Below are positions 58,127-64,000 of a DNA stretch of 64,000 bases, one piece after another. The DNA is taken from NCBI GenBank assembly GCA_043803405.1, contig JAZDKB010000043.1:38829-102828 (forward strand), in the 5' to 3' direction. The notes below the pieces were generated by a model. It saw only the letters and a list, made by a program, of their open reading frames with translations, did not search any database and was not told the origin of the DNA. Made by a program: the position numbers and the translations under genes. Source of the stretch: Spirochaetota bacterium (GTDB lineage: Bacteria; Spirochaetota; UBA4802; JAFGDQ01). The first letter of the stretch is position 1, and every line of letters begins with the position of its first letter.

Positions 58127-59308
58127 ATGAGAAAGATTCAAGTTGAAGAATTAAAACCGGGGATGAGATTCGATAAGCCTGTATATATAGACAGCAATAA
58201 TATTTTTGTCGGCGCACATATTACAATTAAAGAAGAAGATATTAAAAAGCTTATGCGCTGGGGCGTAAGCGATGTTGAAACTGCGGGGACAATGATATCT
58301 TCCAAAGAAGAAGTAAAGCAGTATTCAAAAAGAGCTGAATCCTTGAGCTCAACCGATTCCAAAAAAATCATAGCTGATTACAATAATCTTTTAAAAAAAA
58401 GAAAAAATCTTATAGAAGTACATAAAAAGGCGTGTAAAGCGGTCGGCGATGTTTACAGTGCAATAAAAAACAGCGAAAATTTTAATACAGACGAACTTGA
58501 ATTAGCGCTCGGAGATATAATTGACTTAATCAAAGAAAACAATAATATTTTTCTTTTTCTTTATGGCCTTGATGAAGGGAAAAATTATTTGATGTATCAT
58601 TCGGTTAATGTGACTTTTTACGCAGTGCTTATAGGCATGGGGTTAAAATATCCGATGGCCAAGTTAAGAGAACTGGCACTCGGAACCCTTCTTATTGACG
58701 CCGGCATGGCTAAAATTCCTGTTTACATAACTCACAAGCAGTCGGCCCTTACGGAGCAGGAATTCAACCTGATAAAAACTCATCCGATACATGGATATAA
58801 ATGTTTGCGCGAGTTCGGGAAAGTTAAGGAATCGGTTGCGCTCATATCTTTGCAGCATCAGGAACAGTTTGACGGCAGCGGATATCCGAGAGGCCTTAAA
58901 GGCAACATGATCAGCGAGTATGCGAGAATTGCGACAATAGCAGATAGTTATGAAGCACAGATTGTAAACAGAAGTTATAAGAAAAAGCAGCTTTTTTATC
59001 ATGCCATGAAACAGCTTGTTGCGCAGGGCAGCAACACATTCGATCCTGTAATCCTGCGTGTATTTATGTCGAAGATGTCGGTTTACCCGATAGGATCGAT
59101 TGTTGAGCTTAATGATAAAAGCAGAGGCATTGTGATCGGCTCTGCGCCGGATAAACCGCTTCGTCCAATTATAAAACTTATTTACGATTCCGATAGAAAA
59201 AAAGTTGAAGATACCGTAATAATCAGCCTGCCTGAAGAAACCGCCTACTTTATTGTCAAGGTTCTTGATGAGAAAGAATCAAACATAAACCTTCTTGAAG
59301 TACTATAG
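58127..59308 (+). CDS. HD-GYP domain protein (degenerate HD)
   Basis: LKPGM N-terminal domain, HSVNV, DGSGYPRGL, IADSY. Confidence 0.88.
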   Translation: MRKIQVEELKPGMRFDKPVYIDSNNIFVGAHITIKEEDIKKLMRWGVSDVETAGTMISSKEEVKQYSKRAESLSSTDSKKIIADYNNLLKKRKNLIEVHKKACKAVGDVYSAIKNSENFNTDELELALGDIIDLIKENNNIFLFLYGLDEGKNYLMYHSVNVTFYAVLIGMGLKYPMAKLRELALGTLLIDAGMAKIPVYITHKQSALTEQEFNLIKTHPIHGYKCLREFGKVKESVALISLQHQEQFDGSGYPRGLKGNMISEYARIATIADSYEAQIVNRSYKKKQLFYHAMKQLVAQGSNTFDPVILRVFMSKMSVYPIGSIVELNDKSRGIVIGSAPDKPLRPIIKLIYDSDRKKVEDTVIISLPEETAYFIVKVLDEKESNINLLEVL

Positions 59309-59330
59309 TATTTAACTTCTGCTGTTAAAA

Positions 59331-59705
59331 ATGCCGACAGAAAAAAAATCCGGATATAAAAAAGATTTGGGTGATGCAGGAGAAGGAATTGCCGCATCTT
59401 TCTTCAAGAGCAAAGGATTTGTAATTATTAAACGAAACTACCGGTTCGGAAAGGTAGGCGAGATCGATATTATAGTAAGGAAAAAGGACTTAATTGTTTT
59501 TGCCGAAGTTAAAAGCAGAAATTCCGGTCAGTACGGGGGAGCATATTATTCCATTAACGAACGTAAAAAACAGACCATTAAAAAAGTTGCCAGGCAGTTT
59601 TTACACACTCATCCCGATTTTCTCTCCAAAGATATTACTTACAGATTCGATATGATCGCGATCAGTAACGGACAAGCTGAATGGATCGAAGATATTTTCA
59701 GGTAA
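59331..59705 (+). CDS. yraN: YraN family endonuclease-like protein
   Basis: G.AGE, GEIDII, FAEVKSR, RFD. Confidence 0.92.
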   Translation: MPTEKKSGYKKDLGDAGEGIAASFFKSKGFVIIKRNYRFGKVGEIDIIVRKKDLIVFAEVKSRNSGQYGGAYYSINERKKQTIKKVARQFLHTHPDFLSKDITYRFDMIAISNGQAEWIEDIFR

Positions 59706-59723
59706 ATCAAATGATTATAAAAC

Positions 59724-59760
59724 AAAAAAGGCTATCTCGAATGTTAAGATAGCCTTTTTT
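59724..59760. terminator. Bidirectional terminator between convergent genes
   Basis: AAAAAAGGCTATCT-N9-AGATAGCCTTTTTT. Confidence 0.85.
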
Positions 59761-59781
59761 AATTAAAATATATAAATAAAT

Positions 59782-60567
59782 TTATTTTATATATTTTTGT
59801 AATAATCCTAAATATTTTTCTTTGATTCCTTTATCGCTTATGATTTGATTATACTTTTTTAAATATTTTCCATTATCTTTTTTAGTAAATACTGAATATA
59901 ATTCAGATTTTGTATTAGGGATTACTAATATTTTAACCTTGTTTTTAATATTCAGTCTTTTTGCTTCATAAATCAATGATAAAGATTCCGGATTAAAAGC
60001 CGCATCAATCCGTTTTGCAATTAGCTTGTTAAAATTTGTCGTTTGCCAGTCAGTTGCGGGTACGAGATTCCATTTAATCCTCTTATCTCTCAACGTAGGA
60101 GGGATAAAACCATCCTGAAAAAATCCCAGGTTAAGACTAAAAAGATCGTTTACTGAATTAATTTTGTTTAACTTGCTGTCAGACGTTACGGCTATCCCTG
60201 CTTCCATTATAAAAAAGGATTCATTCGGGAAATCGAATATTTTCACCCTGTCCGGATTCTTTGCCAGCAGGGCAATTACATTTACTTCTCCGTTTTCCAG
60301 AGATTTAAATAATCTTAGTGGAGGCAGCGGGCCTCTCCAGTTTAATTCAACGTTCATTTCAGGAGCTATATATTTTTCCCAGAATTCGATTATGGCCCCG
60401 AGATGTTTGTTGTTTTCACTGATGGTGTGAGGTTCAAGCGAAAAATAACCGATGTTAATTTTTTCTTTGCTGAACGATGAGCTTAAAGGAAAAAATAAAA
60501 AAAGCATAAAAAGAACAAAAATATAACTTTTTTTTAAATTTAAATATTTATTCATTATGCCCCCCAT
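59782..60567 (-). CDS. Extracellular solute-binding protein family 3-like
   Basis: Signal peptide; PPLRLFKSLENGEV, KNPDR..FDF, KLIAKRIDA. Confidence 0.75.
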   Translation of the reverse strand: MGGIMNKYLNLKKSYIFVLFMLFLFFPLSSSFSKEKINIGYFSLEPHTISENNKHLGAIIEFWEKYIAPEMNVELNWRGPLPPLRLFKSLENGEVNVIALLAKNPDRVKIFDFPNESFFIMEAGIAVTSDSKLNKINSVNDLFSLNLGFFQDGFIPPTLRDKRIKWNLVPATDWQTTNFNKLIAKRIDAAFNPESLSLIYEAKRLNIKNKVKILVIPNTKSELYSVFTKKDNGKYLKKYNQIISDKGIKEKYLGLLQKYIK

Positions 60568-60695
60568 TTTTTTTAGTTTTGATGGAGAAATTATAACTTA
60601 TAATATTAAAAAGTCAAAGAAAAATATTTTATAAGTAAAAATTTTTTAAATAAATATTCTTCTTTTTTATTTATTAGTTTTTGTTGCGGACAATT

Positions 60696-62174
60696 TCAGG
60701 GGATATATTCATAAGCCCCCAGGTCGAATCCGTTGCCGTTAGGCCTTGTGTTTTCTTCGATATCTTTTAAGGGAGCAGAGTCTACAATACCTGTATCAAT
60801 CACCGACGGAGCGTTCGCTCGTAAATGAAGATCGAATGCAGGGACTGATGCAGTAGGCGGATCAATGAACAGGCCGGGATACCCGGTAAAGTTTTCTATT
60901 GCATAATTATGATCTTCTGTTATGTTTTCCGTAATAATAAAATTAGTCGCTATATTGTTACGGACAAGACAGTTCCAGCTTGGGGTGCCGTCTTTGTGCG
61001 GTACAATGGCTATCCAGGGCGGACCCGGGCTCTCATTGTTAAGGTCTATAACTGTGTTGTTAACTATTCTGCAGTTGACAGCTCCATAAAGCGAGATACC
61101 GTGCCAGTGGTCGGTAATTACGACATTATTTTCAATTATCCAATTAATATAAAAACCGTCGAAACAACCGATTCCCTGAAGAGTCCCCCTGAAAGGCTGA
61201 TTCGGATCAGAATAATTTATGATAGTATTCCCGCGCAGCACAACGCGCTCCCGCGGCGGGTCGTCATTGATCGACCATGACTGGAACCCGTCGTCATGAT
61301 TCTGGTTAACCGCATAGCAGTTTTTAACAATATTGTATTCAAAAAAAAGATCATTGCCGAGTCCCCGCATTCCGTCACCTGCAAAGTTTTCGACCGTGTT
61401 TCCTTTAACCAGGGCAAAGTTCCCGGATACGGTTATGCCGAAATTGACATTAAGCAGATTATTATTGCGTATTGTCATATTATTGCCGGAAGCTGAAATT
61501 CCGTTCCATGGGAGCGCGTTCCACTGTTCCAGTGTCCATGATGACGAATCTGCAGCAGATTGAATGCTGCAATTGTCGAGCGTAATATTATATGCAGGTC
61601 CGTGCCACCCGCTTGATTCAAAAGACACTAGGGAGGCGTACAGTTCCGCGTTTCCGGATAACGGTATCACCGAGAGTCCCTTGAAACGCCATCTGCAACT
61701 CGATTGAACATGTAGCCGTGTTACCGTGGCGCCGGTTTGTGCAATTACATTGATGTACCCTGTATTAAAGTAATCCTGAATAAAAATATTCCCGTGATTT
61801 CCGCTCTTAAGAATGATTGTATCGCCTGCTTTTACCGGGGCGCCCGGGTTCTTTACTATCATAGCAATGCCTGCTGCATAAGGATGGCCTGCGGGTTCCA
61901 TCGATTCGATTTTGCCGCTTTCGATTACTTCTTCGAACGTTGTCCATGGAAGCGTCTCTGTCCCGGGATTGTTTATGTTTCGATCCATATGACCCGGATC
62001 AACATAAAATACGCTTCCTGTTATTTCTGTGTTTTCGGTATTGATTTCCTCCGGATATGTATTGCCTTCGTAATATGGATATTCCTTTGGCTTATCCTTA
62101 TCATTGCAAGAGCAGGATTGAATTATAAATATAGTTAATATAATTAAAAAATAAGATATTATATTATGCTTCAT
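60696..62174 (-). CDS. Lipoprotein with right-handed parallel beta-helix (pectin lyase-like) repeats
   Basis: MKHNII..QSC lipobox; FYVDPG, repeated 'IxNN' turns, HDDGFQSW, C-terminal DLGAYEY. Confidence 0.8.
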   Translation of the reverse strand: MKHNIISYFLIILTIFIIQSCSCNDKDKPKEYPYYEGNTYPEEINTENTEITGSVFYVDPGHMDRNINNPGTETLPWTTFEEVIESGKIESMEPAGHPYAAGIAMIVKNPGAPVKAGDTIILKSGNHGNIFIQDYFNTGYINVIAQTGATVTRLHVQSSCRWRFKGLSVIPLSGNAELYASLVSFESSGWHGPAYNITLDNCSIQSAADSSSWTLEQWNALPWNGISASGNNMTIRNNNLLNVNFGITVSGNFALVKGNTVENFAGDGMRGLGNDLFFEYNIVKNCYAVNQNHDDGFQSWSINDDPPRERVVLRGNTIINYSDPNQPFRGTLQGIGCFDGFYINWIIENNVVITDHWHGISLYGAVNCRIVNNTVIDLNNESPGPPWIAIVPHKDGTPSWNCLVRNNIATNFIITENITEDHNYAIENFTGYPGLFIDPPTASVPAFDLHLRANAPSVIDTGIVDSAPLKDIEENTRPNGNGFDLGAYEYIP

Positions 62175-62577
62175 ATAACAGGATCTTTTAAATGACAAAA
62201 TATTTATACAAATTATAGATAAAGGTTTGCACACGAATATGGAAAATTATCAAATCAATATAATAAAATTTCGTTAAGCAGGCAAATACTTTTATCAATA
62301 ATTTAGAGTGCGTTTAAAAACCTTTGTTATAATATGAATTAACATTTTTATTAATATTATCTGCTCCTGGACACATTAATATTTATGATATGTCCGAAGT
62401 TCATTTGTTATGTTACAGTGGTTATGGGAGTCACTTAATCCTTTATCATTCGGGATATGCATTCTTTAATTATTCCTTGACATTAATGATTGACGGCCAT
62501 ATATCTAAAGTCCTATTCATATATCATTTCTTTTCATCACAAATAATTTAATATAAAGAATCAACTGGGGGGATTGT

Positions 62578-63840
62578 ATGAAAAGATTCTTATATTTTTT
62601 AATTATTGCGTTCTTTTTTATTGTTACTCTTTTTCCGGTAAATTTAACTGCCGCAGACAAACCGATCATAATAGGCGCGCCTCTTTCAACAAGCTTCCTG
62701 TATGGCTGGGATGCCGAGCGCGGGATGAAGCTTGCAGCTGAAGAGATCAACAAAGCAGGCGGAGTGAAGATCGGCGATGAGATGAGGCCTTTTAAGATTG
62801 AGGTCGCGGACACGAACGATCTTGATGCAAATGTGCCTGTAACTGAAGTTCTTGAAAGTGTTGAAAAACTTATTGTTGAAAAAAATGCGGATTTTATAAT
62901 CGGGGGGCCAAACCGTTCCGAAGCTGCACTGGCTGCAATGGACATTATGAGTAAATATAAAAAGGTAAGCATAATCACTACAGGCGTTCTTACTCCCGCA
63001 TATTCTGTAAAAATAACACAAAATTATAAGAAGTATAAATATTGTTTCAGGAATACAAGCCATGTCGGAGTAATGATGGGCGAATTCGTTGCTCTTCTGG
63101 GAGATATTAAAAAAAATTACGGCTTTGATAAAGTTTACATTATGGTTCAGGATGTGGCTCACGCCAGGGGAGGCGGAGAGGCCATGAAAATGGCGCTGAT
63201 TTCAAAAGGATGGACAGTAATTGACATGAAGATATATCCGACCGGGACAGGCGATTTCTCAGGAGGGCTGAAAGATTCAGCTAAAAAAGGCGCTAATCTT
63301 CTTTTTCTGTGGATGGATATGCCGGAGAGCGCTATATTGCTGAAACAGTGGACCGATATGAAACTCCGATCTCTTCCGGTAGGTTTTGTAAATGTCGCGG
63401 AACAGCCCGGTTTCATGAAGGCAGGCGGCAAAGCTGAGTATCTCATAGTAAATCTTGTGAACGGCGGCAATGCACCTGCAAATATCACTCCATGGACAAT
63501 GAAATTCGCGGATGCGTATAAGGCAAAATGGGGTCTTGAGCCAGAAGGCTACGGTACTTCATCAAGTTATATGGCAGTATACCAGCTTAAGGATGCGATT
63601 GAAAGAGCGAACAGTCTGGACAGTGAAGCAATAGTAAAAGCCCTGGAAGAAAGTGATATAACAGGCGTTTACGGCAGAATGAGATTTAATAAGAAATCGC
63701 ATCAGATTATTTCGTCGCTTGATCCGAAACAGGGAGCTGTTACCGGGATTGTTCAGTGGCAGAAAGGAAAAAGAGTGCAAATTTTTCCTCCTGCTGTAGC
63801 AGAGGGAAAGGTTAAAGTTCCTCACTGGATGGAACAATGA
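62578..63840 (+). CDS. Branched-chain amino acid-type ABC substrate-binding protein
   Basis: IIIGAPL, AAEEINKAGG, IIGG..SE, YCFR, DAIERA.SLD, GVYGRMRF. Confidence 0.88.
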   Translation: MKRFLYFLIIAFFFIVTLFPVNLTAADKPIIIGAPLSTSFLYGWDAERGMKLAAEEINKAGGVKIGDEMRPFKIEVADTNDLDANVPVTEVLESVEKLIVEKNADFIIGGPNRSEAALAAMDIMSKYKKVSIITTGVLTPAYSVKITQNYKKYKYCFRNTSHVGVMMGEFVALLGDIKKNYGFDKVYIMVQDVAHARGGGEAMKMALISKGWTVIDMKIYPTGTGDFSGGLKDSAKKGANLLFLWMDMPESAILLKQWTDMKLRSLPVGFVNVAEQPGFMKAGGKAEYLIVNLVNGGNAPANITPWTMKFADAYKAKWGLEPEGYGTSSSYMAVYQLKDAIERANSLDSEAIVKALEESDITGVYGRMRFNKKSHQIISSLDPKQGAVTGIVQWQKGKRVQIFPPAVAEGKVKVPHWMEQ

Positions 63841-63862
63841 TATAATAAGTTCCTATTTTAAT

Positions 63863-64000
63863 GAGAGTGTAAAAAAGATTGTGTAAACAGCCATAGAATA
63901 AATAATTGAAGACAGAGGAGAAGAAAATGGCTGAAGGAAAAGAAATAGTAGAAGAACTGTTAAAGCAGATAGATTTTAAGAATTTAACAGTAAATCAGAT
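63863..64000 (+). mobile_element. Left end of probable IS256-family insertion sequence (partial)
   Basis: Terminal sequence GAGAGTGTAAAAAAGATTGTGTAAA resembles IS256-family IRs; GAGGAG RBS and ORF at 63927 MAEGKEIVEELLKQIDFKNLTVNQ resemble IS256 transposase N-termini. Confidence 0.65.

Overview
AT-rich anaerobic diderm bacterium, most likely a spirochaete (Leptospira-like gene order: lptC-lptA-lptB-rpoN-hpf, DUF1577-like, lpxI, ribH-nusB-TPR, rpsP-KH-rimM-trmD-rplS-rnhB-flhB-like-HD-GYP-yraN). Between convergent tRNAs (tRNA-Lys/tRNA-Glu at 21.2-21.35 kb and tRNA-Gly at 40.2 kb) lies a ~19 kb accessory block. It holds a trehalose cluster, the mercury-methylation genes hgcA-hgcB, an ArsR regulator, a HesB-like gene, an arsenic/thiol-redox cluster (ArsP-type permease, thioredoxins, CcdA, VKOR-DsbA fusion, Acr3), a LolCDE-like ABC system and a methyltransferase. 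The most notable observation is an ORF inside the Hg/As cluster that the ORF track misses (29064-29390). It has an RBS, two in-frame UGA codons 6 codons apart and a SECIS-like hairpin, making it a candidate double-selenocysteine protein. A near-identical palindromic operator sits in the hgcA promoter and upstream of the arsenic operon. Other highlights are an attenuator/riboswitch-like leader upstream of the TM1266-hydG hydrogenase maturation genes, an HPF with an apparently duplicated C-terminal domain, and an IS256-like element starting at the right edge. All family calls come from motif recognition by eye; no searches were run.
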